The notes beneath the pieces were generated by a model. The model ran no database searches, had not been told where the DNA came from, and saw only the letters and a program-made list of their open reading frames with translations. A stretch of DNA of 64,000 nucleotides from Gracilinanus agilis (Eukaryota): the NCBI RefSeq assembly GCF_016433145.1, contig NC_058131.1, forward strand, positions 574,676,082 through 574,740,081. Reading direction: 5' to 3'. Below are positions 37,167 to 49,065 of this stretch, one piece after another; positions within the stretch are counted from its first letter, which is position 1, and each line of letters opens with the position of its first letter. A program made the translations under genes and the position numbers.

Positions 37167-37560
37167 CTAGAGGGAAAAGAGGTTGGTCAGATCTTGCTAC
37201 TTACATAAAGCCCCAATTGTGCCTGGGATGGAGGATGCCTTGAATGGAAAGAGGGCCACCAAGAACAGAAATGCAAGTTGAACGGGATCTAGGACACCAA
37301 ACAAGAATGCTGGGGACTTTGCATTCTTATACAGTCTCTGGACAATTTGGGGGGAGATATAAAGAATTGCCTTTGTGACTGGGCAAATCACTTTGGGTCT
37401 CGATCTGAGGAAGGTCCTTTCAAGCCCTAAATCTGACACTTAAGACAACCTGGTACAGGTTTCCTTTGGAAGAAATGCCCTCATTGGGACCACAAGGGGG
37501 CAGCAGGCACCTGAATCCCTGGCCAGGGAAGCAGGACAAGGGGTAAGTTCTTCAATTTGC

Positions 37561-37593
37561 CTGCTGTTGCTGGGCAGAAACTTGCCCAGTGAG
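37561..37593 (-). CDS. SNX22: SNX22 exon 5 (SLGKFLPSNS), 33 nt, with an apparent GC donor
   Basis: Acceptor ccctttcag|; phase 2-2 is needed to join exons 4 and 6; the donor reads AG|GCAAAT. Confidence 0.75.
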
Positions 37594-38043
37594 CTGAAAG
37601 GGAGAAGAGGCACATCAATGACTGGTGCCAGCCCCTGTGAGTAGCACCTGAACCAGAAAAAGTCCCTGCAGCTCTCCAGGGAGGCGAGGGTGAGGGTAGG
37701 GGTGGAGACAACTTGGACTGTCCCAACCTCTAGGGCCCTATTAGTTAAGCTGCTGGCCAACTTAAGAGTGAATGGGAGGGAATTTTAAGGCTAAGAGCCC
37801 ACCTGGAAAAATATTAAGAGTACTGGGATAAGAATCAGTTATGTGATGGAAGAAGTGTTAGAGCCTTAAGGAAGGGCAGCAAACCCAGGTACAAAGACAA
37901 AACAGATTTGCGCTGGTGCCTACATGCTGGATTTAGGTACCTCCAGGCCCAGATGTCCACTGATGTCCTTAAGGTTTATCTGAAGACATAACCTGAGGAC
38001 CCTTCTCATCCCACCCTCCTTTAAGCTTCCACAATCAACTCAC

Positions 38044-38138
38044 TCCATGTCGCTAGCTTTGGAATCTGAAGGGAAATGTCGAAGCTTCAAGAATTCCAGC
38101 ACTTCCTTGGGGACTTCCTGATTGAGATACAGGACACC
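38044..38138 (-). CDS. SNX22: SNX22 exon 4 (GVLYLNQEVPKEVLEFLKLRHFPSDSKASDM)
   Basis: Acceptor ctccccag|, donor GA|gtgagt; 95 nt. Confidence 0.93.
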
Positions 38139-38613
38139 CTGGGGAGCACAGTCAATACACACTTATTAAATGCTTACTATGATATGCATTGGAAATAAAA
38201 AGACAAGAGTGAAACAGTTCCTGCCTTCAAGGAGCCTACATTCTAATGAGAGAGACAGATGTATATACACAATACTTCTGTAGAGAACAGAAACATAAGG
38301 TGGTTATGGGATGGGCCCCCACAACCAAGGTGACAAGGTGTCAGAAAAGACTTCATGTAGCAGGTTTTTGAAGTGAATCATGAAGGAAAGTGGGATCCCA
38401 CCAGAGGTGAGGAAGGGGTGGATTCCAGGCATGGTTCAGGGATACTGAGGGCCAGCCACATAAACACAGATACACAGGCAATCCTGTGTTACCCACTTGA
38501 TATACATCATCATCATCACAACCCTGTGGTGAAAGGATTTCTACAAAAAGATTCTCTACTGAGATCTGAAGTTAGTCCCTAGACAAAAAGAAGCCCAATT
38601 CTGCCCTTCTCAC

Positions 38614-38718
38614 CTGGATATAAGCCTCTAACCCCTGTCGTCGTTGCTCCAGAACCTTGTGCCTCCAGTTAGGTACCCGTTTGGGAGGAAAGTCAGGCAC
38701 TTTGCAAGACTTCTTAAT
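38614..38718 (-). CDS. SNX22: SNX22 exon 3 ([35 protein letters not shown])
   Basis: Acceptor ttggacag|, donor CAG|gtgaga; 105 nt. Confidence 0.93.
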
Positions 38719-39171
38719 CTGTCCAAAGCCATAAGAAACCTGCTTTAGAACTCCCAGTTCTACCTAGACCTGGGGCCCTAGATAGAGACTCATCCTCCCA
38801 GAACTTTACCCTAACTCTGCCTCTTCTGGGTAGGTTCCTGTAGAGGAGAGGTAAATTCAGACTTCTTAAGCTAAATAAATACCCTGAGAGACTACTTCTA
38901 ACGGTAGGTAGGGAAGACCCTAAAAAGCCATAGACTCCAGTGTACCTTGACTTGCCCCCAGACTGGAATCCTCCCACTGTGCCCACCACTCCTTTCCCCT
39001 CTTCACCCCGGGAGAGACTGGTGTTTTGAAGGAAAGGTGGGTGTCAGACCAGTAGCGCCGGATACCAGCTCGACCGAGGGCAGAAGTTTTGCCCCAGGTA
39101 GAAGAGAAGGTAGGGCTCTCCCGCCATTCTGTTCTCTGTATCCCGGGGAACAGGCCCAACCTACTTCTCAC

Positions 39172-39255
39172 CTGCTTGTGCAGGGCATGGAATTCACTGT
39201 AGCGCCGATAAATGGTGTGCTTTCTCCCGTTGCAGAGGACCTCCACCCTGAACAC
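39172..39255 (-). CDS. SNX22: SNX22 exon 2 (VFRVEVLCNGRKHTIYRRYSEFHALHKQ)
   Basis: Acceptor cttttag|, donor CAG|gtgaga; 84 nt; PX RRYSEF motif. Confidence 0.95.
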
Positions 39256-39599
39256 CTAAAAGGCGTTGAAGGGGGGAGGCAGTAAGGAATGAGAACGAGT
39301 GAGCCACCCAAGTCCGGGCAAATTCAGGGCAGAAGAAAGAATGTAAAGGAATAGCCAGGGAGAACTAGAGGGTCGCCACTGCTAGTCTCTTCTCTTTCTA
39401 CCCCAGCGCGGGTGGGAGGGGACTCAATTCCAACCCTCTCCCAGTAGCCAATTTCTGCAGTCGGGCATCGCCCCTCACAAAGGCCGTTTCAGAGCTGCCT
39501 CAGCTCTAGGGGGATCCCCGGGACACCTAACAGAGCTGCTCACCTCCCATTCCTCTCCCTCTTCTAGCAAGTTAGGGTGGGTGGGGGAGTGAAGGAGTT

Positions 39600-40450
39600 A
39601 GAAGCAATTCCACTCCTCTGCCCCGCAGGGCAAAGTTCATCAATTACAAGGTTCAAAGACCACCCCCGCACCCCCTCCAACCTCCATTTCCCCACTCCGC
39701 TGGGATGTAATTAAGTGCCGCTAACCCCGCTGGGGGCGGCGGACGCGGAAATATCTGCCTTCCGTCCTCCAGCCCCGGCCTCTCAATTAACATCCAGGAG
39801 AAAGATGCATGGGGGATGAAGTCCCCCAAACTCGAGTGGCGGAGGGAGAGAAACTTCGGAATGAAACTAGTCCGAGCGTCTCTTCACAGCTCCTATTCAG
39901 GTCTCTCCAGCCCCGTGCCCAGGGTTACCTTCCGTCCCCCAATAGCGAACGGCGCCTCCCCGACGCTTTGAAATCCTCCAGGCAAGGAACTCCAGGACTC
40001 GTTTCCCGGAGGGAGCGACGGCCCCAGCACTCACCATATGTCCTTTCTCCAGGTTCCTCTCCGACTCCGCAGCCTCCGGCCCCACAGAAGGAATGTGTAC
40101 TTGTAGCATCCCCAACCCCATCCCACTTCCAGCCCCGGCGCTCTGCGACTGCAGGATCCAGGGCTCCGGCTCCGGGGCGCTCCCTCGAGGGTTAGACAGA
40201 GCGACTGGCCCCGCCTCTCCCCCCCCCCCCGCCCCGCCAGGCCCGCCCCACCTGGGCCCCGCCCCCGCTCTTCTCCCGGGTGCGGAGGTTCCCCTCCTCC
40301 TCCCGTCCGAAGAAAGTAGGGCGGGCAGGCTAAGGCTACCTGGGGCGGAGGTCAGCTTTTGGGGTGCCCAGCTCCAGAGAATTCTGGGAGCACAGGGAAG
40401 CCTACGCGAGGGTTCCAATCTTTTCGACCAGCTTCTCTTTGCTGGGCTGG
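39600..40450 (-). promoter_or_regulatory. SNX22 CpG island/promoter with clustered GC boxes (copy 1; copy 2 at ~44578-45428)
   Basis: High CpG density; several CCCGCCCC/GGGGCGG motifs at 40210-40350. Confidence 0.75.
40035..40109 (-). CDS. SNX22: SNX22 exon 1 (MLQVHIPSVGPEAAESERNLEKGHM)
   Basis: ATG at 40109-40107; donor ATG|gtgagt; 25 codons; resembles the recalled human MLEVHIPSVGPEA. Confidence 0.92.
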
Positions 40451-41020
40451 AAGGACGCTGGAACGTAGACGGAATGACTTCCCTCTAGATGCTTATGTTC
40501 TGGTGGAGCGCCCAGACCGTTTAGAAGAATAACTCGGACTGAGCAGTCAGGGCTTTGCCCAGTGTGCTGAAATTTAGAGAAGGCTGACCCCATCTCCAGG
40601 TCCCCAGAGATGGAAGAAATAATGGAGTATAAAGGGACTGAGCCTACAGAGGGAGAGTATCTGAATTTATATCCTAAGTTATTCGCTATGACCTTTTCTT
40701 GTTGTGGTAGAGTCCTTCATTCGTGCCCAATTCTTCCGGACCCCAAGGACCACGGCACGCCAGACCCTTCTATCCTCCACCATCTCCCGAAGTCTGGCCG
40801 AGTTCATGTGACGTTTCCATGACTATGCATCCATCTCATCCATTTCTCCTTTTGTCTTCAGTCTTTCCTAGCATCAGCGTCTTTTCCAAGGAGTCCTGTC
40901 TTCTCACTGACCTTGGCCAAAGGATTTAAGCTTCAGCTTCAGTATTTGACCTTCCAGGTTAGTTAATCACTCATCTTGTCCGAGCTTCAAAATGAGTCAC
41001 CTCCTACCCAACCAGAATCT

Positions 41021-41764
41021 NNNNNNNNNNNNNNNNNNNNNNNNNNNNNNNNNNNNNNNNNNNNNNNNNNNNNNNNNNNNNNNNNNNNNNNNNNNNNNNN
41101 NNNNNNNNNNNNNNNNNNNNNNNNNNNNNNNNNNNNNNNNNNNNNNNNNNNNNNNNNNNNNNNNNNNNNNNNNNNNNNNNNNNNNNNNNNNNNNNNNNNN
41201 NNNNNNNNNNNNNNNNNNNNNNNNNNNNNNNNNNNNNNNNNNNNNNNNNNNNNNNNNNNNNNNNNNNNNNNNNNNNNNNNNNNNNNNNNNNNNNNNNNNN
41301 NNNNNNNNNNNNNNNNNNNNNNNNNNNNNNNNNNNNNNNNNNNNNNNNNNNNNNNNNNNNNNNNNNNNNNNNNNNNNNNNNNNNNNNNNNNNNNNNNNNN
41401 NNNNNNNNNNNNNNNNNNNNNNNNNNNNNNNNNNNNNNNNNNNNNNNNNNNNNNNNNNNNNNNNNNNNNNNNNNNNNNNNNNNNNNNNNNNNNNNNNNNN
41501 NNNNNNNNNNNNNNNNNNNNNNNNNNNNNNNNNNNNNNNNNNNNNNNNNNNNNNNNNNNNNNNNNNNNNNNNNNNNNNNNNNNNNNNNNNNNNNNNNNNN
41601 NNNNNNNNNNNNNNNNNNNNNNNNNNNNNNNNNNNNNNNNNNNNNNNNNNNNNNNNNNNNNNNNNNNNNNNNNNNNNNNNNNNNNNNNNNNNNNNNNNNN
41701 NNNNNNNNNNNNNNNNNNNNNNNNNNNNNNNNNNNNNNNNNNNNNNNNNNNNNNNNNNNNNNNN
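41021..41764. other. Assembly gap (744 N) between the two SNX22 duplicate units
   Basis: N run. Confidence 0.99.
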
Positions 41765-42076
41765 CGTCCATCCTTAAGGATGACATTCACTCGCTGGCTC
41801 TCAAGTTGGAACCAGGCGGAGACGGCAGCCCAAGAACAGCCATCGGAGGCATCTGTTGGATCCCCACGTGGGAGCCTCGGGAGGGGGTGGGCTCCTGAGG
41901 CCCATCTGCTGCATTCATCCAGATCAGCTTGGTTCTAGGAGCTGCTCCCTTGGGTTGTCTCAACTATTGGGGTCATGCCATTAGAGCAGGGACAGGGAGG
42001 TCCCCCGTCCCAGGTGGGTGCCAAGATTTGACTTCATAATTACTGCCATTTTCTCAGCCCTGGACATTTTACTTAC

Positions 42077-42144
42077 CTAGAGAAGGGCTTTGCAGGTAGG
42101 GATCCCTGTGGAATTTCAGGACTGGTCTGTGGGGTTGGTGAGCA
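42077..42144 (-). CDS. SNX22: SNX22 exon 6, copy 2 (possibly an assembly artefact)
   Basis: Copy of 37099-37166 at +4978. Confidence 0.55.
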
Positions 42145-42538
42145 CTAGAGGGAAAAGAGGTTGGTCAGATCTTGCTACTTACATAAAGCCCCAATTGTGC
42201 CTGGGATGGAGGATGCCTTGAATGGAAAGAGGGCCACCAAGAACAGAAATGCAAGTTGAACGGGATCTAGGACACCAAACAAGAATGCTGGGGACTTTGC
42301 ATTCTTATACAGTCTCTGGACAATTTGGGGGGAGATATAAAGAATTGCCTTTGTGACTGGGCAAATCACTTTGGGTCTCGATCTGAGGAAGGTCCTTTCA
42401 AGCCCTAAATCTGACACTTAAGACAACCTGGTACAGGTTTCCTTTGGAAGAAATGCCCTCATTGGGACCACAAGGGGGCAGCAGGCACCTGAATCCCTGG
42501 CCAGGGAAGCAGGACAAGGGGTAAGTTCTTCAATTTGC

Positions 42539-42571
42539 CTGCTGTTGCTGGGCAGAAACTTGCCCAGTGAG
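42539..42571 (-). CDS. SNX22: SNX22 exon 5, copy 2 (possibly an assembly artefact)
   Basis: Copy of 37561-37593 at +4978, with the same GC donor. Confidence 0.5.
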
Positions 42572-43021
42572 CTGAAAGGGAGAAGAGGCACATCAATGAC
42601 TGGTGCCAGCCCCTGTGAGTAGCACCTGAACCAGAAAAAGTCCCTGCAGCTCTCCAGGGAGGCGAGGGTGAGGGTAGGGGTGGAGACAACTTGGACTGTC
42701 CCAACCTCTAGGGCCCTATTAGTTAAGCTGCTGGCCAACTTAAGAGTGAATGGGAGGGAATTTTAAGGCTAAGAGCCCACCTGGAAAAATATTAAGAGTA
42801 CTGGGATAAGAATCAGTTATGTGATGGAAGAAGTGTTAGAGCCTTAAGGAAGGGCAGCAAACCCAGGTACAAAGACAAAACAGATTTGCGCTGGTGCCTA
42901 CATGCTGGATTTAGGTACCTCCAGGCCCAGATGTCCACTGATGTCCTTAAGGTTTATCTGAAGACATAACCTGAGGACCCTTCTCATCCCACCCTCCTTT
43001 AAGCTTCCACAATCAACTCAC

Positions 43022-43116
43022 TCCATGTCGCTAGCTTTGGAATCTGAAGGGAAATGTCGAAGCTTCAAGAATTCCAGCACTTCCTTGGGGACTTCCTGAT
43101 TGAGATACAGGACACC
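43022..43116 (-). CDS. SNX22: SNX22 exon 4, copy 2 (possibly an assembly artefact)
   Basis: Copy of 38044-38138 at +4978. Confidence 0.55.
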
Positions 43117-43591
43117 CTGGGGAGCACAGTCAATACACACTTATTAAATGCTTACTATGATATGCATTGGAAATAAAAAGACAAGAGTGAAACAGTTCCT
43201 GCCTTCAAGGAGCCTACATTCTAATGAGAGAGACAGATGTATATACACAATACTTCTGTAGAGAACAGAAACATAAGGTGGTTATGGGATGGGCCCCCAC
43301 AACCAAGGTGACAAGGTGTCAGAAAAGACTTCATGTAGCAGGTTTTTGAAGTGAATCATGAAGGAAAGTGGGATCCCACCAGAGGTGAGGAAGGGGTGGA
43401 TTCCAGGCATGGTTCAGGGATACTGAGGGCCAGCCACATAAACACAGATACACAGGCAATCCTGTGTTACCCACTTGATATACATCATCATCATCACAAC
43501 CCTGTGGTGAAAGGATTTCTACAAAAAGATTCTCTACTGAGATCTGAAGTTAGTCCCTAGACAAAAAGAAGCCCAATTCTGCCCTTCTCAC

Positions 43592-43696
43592 CTGGATATA
43601 AGCCTCTAACCCCTGTCGTCGTTGCTCCAGAACCTTGTGCCTCCAGTTAGGTACCCGTTTGGGAGGAAAGTCAGGCACTTTGCAAGACTTCTTAAT
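43592..43696 (-). CDS. SNX22: SNX22 exon 3, copy 2 (possibly an assembly artefact)
   Basis: Copy of 38614-38718 at +4978. Confidence 0.55.
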
Positions 43697-44149
43697 CTGT
43701 CCAAAGCCATAAGAAACCTGCTTTAGAACTCCCAGTTCTACCTAGACCTGGGGCCCTAGATAGAGACTCATCCTCCCAGAACTTTACCCTAACTCTGCCT
43801 CTTCTGGGTAGGTTCCTGTAGAGGAGAGGTAAATTCAGACTTCTTAAGCTAAATAAATACCCTGAGAGACTACTTCTAACGGTAGGTAGGGAAGACCCTA
43901 AAAAGCCATAGACTCCAGTGTACCTTGACTTGCCCCCAGACTGGAATCCTCCCACTGTGCCCACCACTCCTTTCCCCTCTTCACCCCGGGAGAGACTGGT
44001 GTTTTGAAGGAAAGGTGGGTGTCAGACCAGTAGCGCCGGATACCAGCTCGACCGAGGGCTGAAGTTTTGCCCCAGGTAGAAGAGAAGGTAGGGCTCTCCC
44101 GCCATTCTGTTCTCTGTATCCCGGGGAACAGGCCCAACCTACTTCTCAC

Positions 44150-44233
44150 CTGCTTGTGCAGGGCATGGAATTCACTGTAGCGCCGATAAATGGTGTGCTT
44201 TCTCCCGTTGCAGAGGACCTCCACCCTGAACAC
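44150..44233 (-). CDS. SNX22: SNX22 exon 2, copy 2 (possibly an assembly artefact)
   Basis: Copy of 39172-39255 at +4978. Confidence 0.55.
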
Positions 44234-45012
44234 CTAAAAGGCGTTGAAGGGGGGAGGCAGTAAGGAATGAGAACGAGTGAGCCACCCAAGTCCGGGCAAA
44301 TTCAGGGCAGAAGAAAGAATGTAAAGGAATAGCCAGGGAGAACTAGAGGGTCGCCACTGCTAGTCTCTTCTCTTTCTACCCCAGCGCGGGTGGGAGGGGA
44401 CTCAATTCCAACCCTCTCCCAGTAGCCAATTTCTGCAGTCGGGCATCGCCCCTCACAAAGGCCGTTTCAGAGCTGCCTCAGCTCTAGGGGGATCCCCGGG
44501 ACACCTAACAGAGCTGCTCACCTCCCATTCCTCTCCCTCTTCTAGCAAGTTAGGGTGGGTGGGGGAGTGAAGGAGTTAGAAGCAATTCCACTCCTCTGCC
44601 CCGCAGGGCAAAGTTCATCAATTACAAGGTTCAAAGACCACCCCCGCACCCCCTCCAACCTCCATTTCCCCACTCCGCTGGGATGTAATTAAGTGCCGCT
44701 AACCCCGCTGGGGGCGGCGGACGCGGAAATATCTGCCTTCCGTCCTCCAGCCCCGGCCTCTCAATTAACATCCAGGAGAAAGATGCATGGGGGATGAAGT
44801 CCCCCAAACTCGAGTGGCGGAGGGAGAGAAACTTCGGAATGAAACTAGTCCGAGCGTCTCTTCACAGCTCCTATTCAGGTCTCTCCAGCCCCGTGCCCAG
44901 GGTTACCTTCCGTCCCCCAATAGCGAACGGCGCCTCCCCGACGCTTTGAAATCCTCCAGGCAAGGAACTCCAGGACTCGTTTCCCGGAGGGAGCGACGGC
45001 CCCAGCACTCAC

Positions 45013-45087
45013 CATATGTCCTTTCTCCAGGTTCCTCTCCGACTCCGCAGCCTCCGGCCCCACAGAAGGAATGTGTACTTGTAGCAT
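45013..45087 (-). CDS. SNX22: SNX22 exon 1, copy 2 (possibly an assembly artefact)
   Basis: Copy of 40035-40109 at +4978. Exon 7 of this copy would fall at 41410-41525, inside the gap. Confidence 0.55.
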
Positions 45088-46159
45088 CCCCAACCCCATC
45101 CCACTTCCAGCCCCGGCGCTCTGCGACTGCAGGATCCAGGGCTCCGGCTCCGGGGCGCTCCCTCGAGGGTTAGACAGAGCGACTGGCCCCGCCTCTCCCC
45201 CCCCCCCCGCCCCGCCAGGCCCGCCCCACCTGGGCCCCGCCCCCGCTCTTCTCCCGGGTGCGGAGGTTCCCCTCCTCCTCCCGTCCGAAGAAAGTAGGGC
45301 GGGCAGGCTAAGGCTACCTGGGGCGGAGGTCAGCTTTTGGGGTGCCCAGCTCCAGAGAATTCTGGGAGCACAGGGAAGCCTACGCGAGGGTTCCAATCTT
45401 TTCGACCAGCTTCTCTTTGCTGGGCTGGAAGGACGCTGGAACGTAGACGGAATGACTTCCCTCTAGATGCTTATGTTCTGGTGGAGCGCCCAGACCGTTT
45501 AGAAGAATAACTCGGACTGAGCAGTCAGGGCTTTGCCCAGTGTGCTGAAATTTAGAGAAGGCTGACCCCATCTCCAGGCCCCCAGAGATGGAAGAAATAA
45601 TGGAGTATAAAGGGACTGAGCCTACAGAGGGAGAGTATCTGAATTTATATCCTAAGTTATTCGCTATGACCTTTTCTTGTTGTGGTAGAGTCCTTCATTC
45701 GTGCCCAATTCTTCCGGACCCCAAGGACCACGGCACGCCAGACCCTTCTATCCTCCACCATCTCCCGAAGTCTGGCCGAGTTCATGTGACGTTTCCATGA
45801 CTATGCATCCATCTCATCCATTTCTCCTTTTGTCTTCAGTCTTTCCTAGCATCAGCGTCTTTTCCAAGGAGTCCTGTCTTCTCACTGACCTTGGCCAAAG
45901 GATTTAAGCTTCAGCTTCAGTATTTGACCTTCCAGGTTAGTTAATCACTCATCTTGTCCGAGCTTCAAAATGAGTCACCTCCTACCCAACCAGAATCTAT
46001 GTCAGATTCTATAAACTGAACACCTAGGTAACAATCATTAGGAAGGTACTGAATGTCAAATGGTTCCAGTCAATAGTTGTACCCCAGAGACTTGTGAGGA
46101 TGGGTGCCCTGGGGATCCTTAACTGCCTCCCCCACTTTGCCTTAAAAATTGATTTTAGG

Positions 46160-46350
46160 GCTCAGTGGATAAAGAGTCAGGCCTGGAGCCAGGATATCCT
46201 GGATTCAAATGTGACCTCAGAAACTTCCTACCTTTGTGACCCTAAGCCAGTCACTTAACCCCAATTGCTTAGCCCTTACCACTTCTCTGCCTTGGAACTG
46301 ATACTAATGGATTCTAAGACAGAAGGTAAAGGTTTAACAAAAACAAAAAA
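46160..46350 (+). mobile_element. Marsupial SINE
   Basis: gctcagtggataaagagtcaggcctgg...ggattcaaat...cacttaaccccaattgcttagcccttaccact. Confidence 0.8.
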
Positions 46351-46499
46351 AATTTATTTCAGAGTGTTTTTGATGATGCTTATCTAAGGCAGGAAAAATA
46401 CTAGTCATGGTTCTATCTCCATTTTTGGAAAATATTTTTCTCTCCTCTCCTTCCCTTTGTTCTTTTAAATAATGATGATAATAATTATAATTTTTTTTA

Positions 46500-47100
46500 C
46501 CACTACTCTTTGTTTTTTTTTTATCACCTTTTATTACCCACTGTATTCTTCTTGTTTTTTAAACTCTTACCTTCCATCTTAGAACTGCCCCCTCCCACTG
46601 TATTCTTCTGGTGCACTCCTCCTCTCCCACTTCCAGAAAGATATCCTTTAGAATAAAGTTTGAAGAAAGAAAAATAAATGTCCACAAACCTAAACAATGT
46701 ATCAAAAAGTATGACTTTATTAGCAGAATCCTTCATATCTAGGCCCCCAGTTCTTCAAAGCATAGAAGGGAAAAGTCTTACCATCTCTGTCTCTGATTTG
46801 GGGTCAAGTTTGGCTATTATAATTTAACAATCCTCAGTTTTTATTGTTTTGTTGTTTCCATTTATACTGTTGTAGTCATAAGATATATTGTTTTCCTGGT
46901 TCTTACTTCATTGTGTTTCAGTTCATATAAGTCTTTCTAGGCTTCTCTGTGTTCCTCATTTTCATCATTTCTTGTTGATCCTGTAATAGTCTATTCCATT
47001 GATGGGCCACTACCCCTTTGGCCCTTCCCTAATCCATGAGCATCTACTTTGTTCTCAGTTTTGTGTTCCCACAAAAAGTGCTGCCATAAATACTTTGTCC
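46500..47100 (-). mobile_element. Old L1 3'-end relic
   Basis: T-rich start followed by an L1-like 3'UTR (ttgtagtcata...gtgctgccataaatact); similar relics near 33780-34240 and 61560-62100. Confidence 0.45.
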
Positions 47101-47685
47101 TTGGCTTTCTGGTAGTATAGGTTTTTCAAACCTTACTCTCTACCAGTTACATGACCTCTGTCTCTGTTTCCTAAAATCTGCCCCCACAAGAAGAATGTTT
47201 AACATTGCAATTTTGTTGTGTAAAGGTTGTAAGAGGAAGGGAAAACCCATAGAAGCTCACTTTTTCCTAGGATGGGGGAAGGGGTATGCGGAGAAAGGGC
47301 TAGAATTATGTCTGGAAGATTGCATTCCCCACACATCCAAAAACTTGCTAGATATTGCCCTTTCTGCCTTCACAACATCTCTCAAACTTTTCCCCTTCTC
47401 TTTATTTACAGGGCCACCATCCTGGTTCTGACCCATATCCCCTCTCACCTAGATGATTGCAACAGCCCCCTAATTAGTCTCTCAGCCTACCAATCCAGTC
47501 TCTACTGTCTCTCATCCATTGTCCACACAGCTGTCAAAATAATTTTCCTAAATAAAACATCTGACCATGTCACCACCCTACTCAAACCTCAGTGTCTCTC
47601 TGTTACCTTTAGGAAAAAATATAAACTCCTTTTTTCATCATGCTTGTTAAAGGTCAATTTAGATTTTCATTCTTTTGAAATAATT

Positions 47686-47890
47686 AGTTGTTCAGTCATA
47701 TCCAACCCTTTGTGACTCCAGTTGGGAATTTTTTGGCAAAGATACTGGAATGGTTTGCCATTTCCTTCTCCAGCTCATTCTACCGATGAGGAAACTGAGA
47801 CAGACAGAGTTAAGTGATTTGCCCAAGGTCATACAGCTAGTAAGTATCTGAGGCCAGATTTGAACTCAGAAGACTCTACAGTGGAAGTTC
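47686..47890 (-). mobile_element. MAR1-like SINE
   Basis: Reverse complement of the 8522-8745 type. Confidence 0.8.
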
Positions 47891-48057
47891 TATCCACAAC
47901 ATTACCTAACTCAGACCCTAGAGAAGCTGTGAGTTCAATCTCTCTGGGTTTCTTTCTGGAGTAACCCAGTTAGGCACTCCCTATGGTAAAAGTCCCTGAG
48001 GAGCAGAATCAGCCTCCCCTCACTTCTTGGCTAGATGTTCAAGTGATAAAGAGATAG

Positions 48058-48230
48058 GGGGCAGCTAGTGACTTGGAGCAGGAAGTCCTGGGTTCAAATC
48101 TGGCCTTGGACATTTCCTAGCTGTAGGACCTTAAGTCCCTTGACCCCAGTTGCCTACCCCTTACAGCTCTTCTGCCTTGGAACTGATACTTTTATTGCTT
48201 CTAAGATAGAAAGTAAGGATTAAAAAAAAG
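48058..48230 (+). mobile_element. Marsupial SINE
   Basis: ggggcagctag...ctgggttcaaatctggcc...ttctgccttggaactgatac. Confidence 0.78.
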
Positions 48231-49065
48231 AGAGAGAGAAATAGATACGTAAATACATGCATACATACACATACACATATTTAAAAATAAGGACACATTT
48301 TTAATGTCAGAAAATTCTCCTCTCTGATATAATTAGGTCTTTATTTTGTGATCAATCAAATTGCATCCAGACCTCTGGCAATGCTATAGGAGGACACACA
48401 CATGCATTGTCTGATCTCTATCCTAGTCTAAGTCTCCACCTTCACAGAATCCTTCTCTAAGACCCCAGAATAGTTAGAATTCTTGAGATGATCTTAGTCT
48501 AAACCCAACTCATTACCATATAGCCAGGGAAACTGAGTACAAGAAAGAGGAAATTGGTTGGAGTCCCAGTCAGAATCTGAGCCCAGGTCTATAGGTCTTT
48601 CTATCAGCCTGTGCTGTGGACTTCAGTACTGAATTTGCTGAGTTTGTAGTAGGGCTGTCCTTCCCACCCTTTGCCTTCCCTAGTTATACTGGAGCAAGAA
48701 TGAGCTGGAGGTCTGGACCCTGACCTGCTCTTGCCCTGGTCTCTCTTGCCCTTTTAATTCACTTTAATCCAACAAGCATTTATTAAGTACGTACTATGTA
48801 CCAGGAACTGTGCCAGCAAGGTGTGGGGTGGGAGAAGGGGCAGCACTGCTTCCTTGGTGCCCTTCTTATCCTAAATGGCTCCCAGATCTCCAAGAGCAGC
48901 ATTCTTTAGGAGCCCCGCCATCAGGATTGGATCTATTTCTCTTTAAGGAGAAATGACCACTGGCAAGGAGAACTATTGGAGTTTCGTTTCCTTATGTTAA
49001 ATTCCACAGCTTCATCCTGTGGGGGCTTTGTCTGAGCTCTTTCACTCTCATAGCAGTATCTTTTT

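Larger units (their letters stand above)
36432..40109 (-). other. SNX22: SNX22 gene span, copy 1 (7 exons, 576 nt, 191 aa PX-domain sorting nexin)
   Basis: Exons of 75+84+105+95+33+68+116 nt join into an intact ORF with the PX motifs RRYSEF..LH and FPPK, and ..[13 protein letters not shown]. Confidence 0.93.
36787..41020. repeat. Direct duplication unit A (4,234 bp), ending exactly at the N gap
   Basis: Matches 41765-45998 at a constant offset of 4,978 bp. Confidence 0.97.
41765..45998. repeat. Direct duplication unit B (4,234 bp), starting exactly at the N gap
   Basis: Copy of 36787-41020. Differences seen: A36901/G41879, A39082/T44060, T40601/C45579. Confidence 0.97.

Noticed and set aside
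40976-41938. Long ORFs of 260-320 aa (also 9524-9875 and 63357-63765)
   Set aside because: Artefacts of N runs translated as X.
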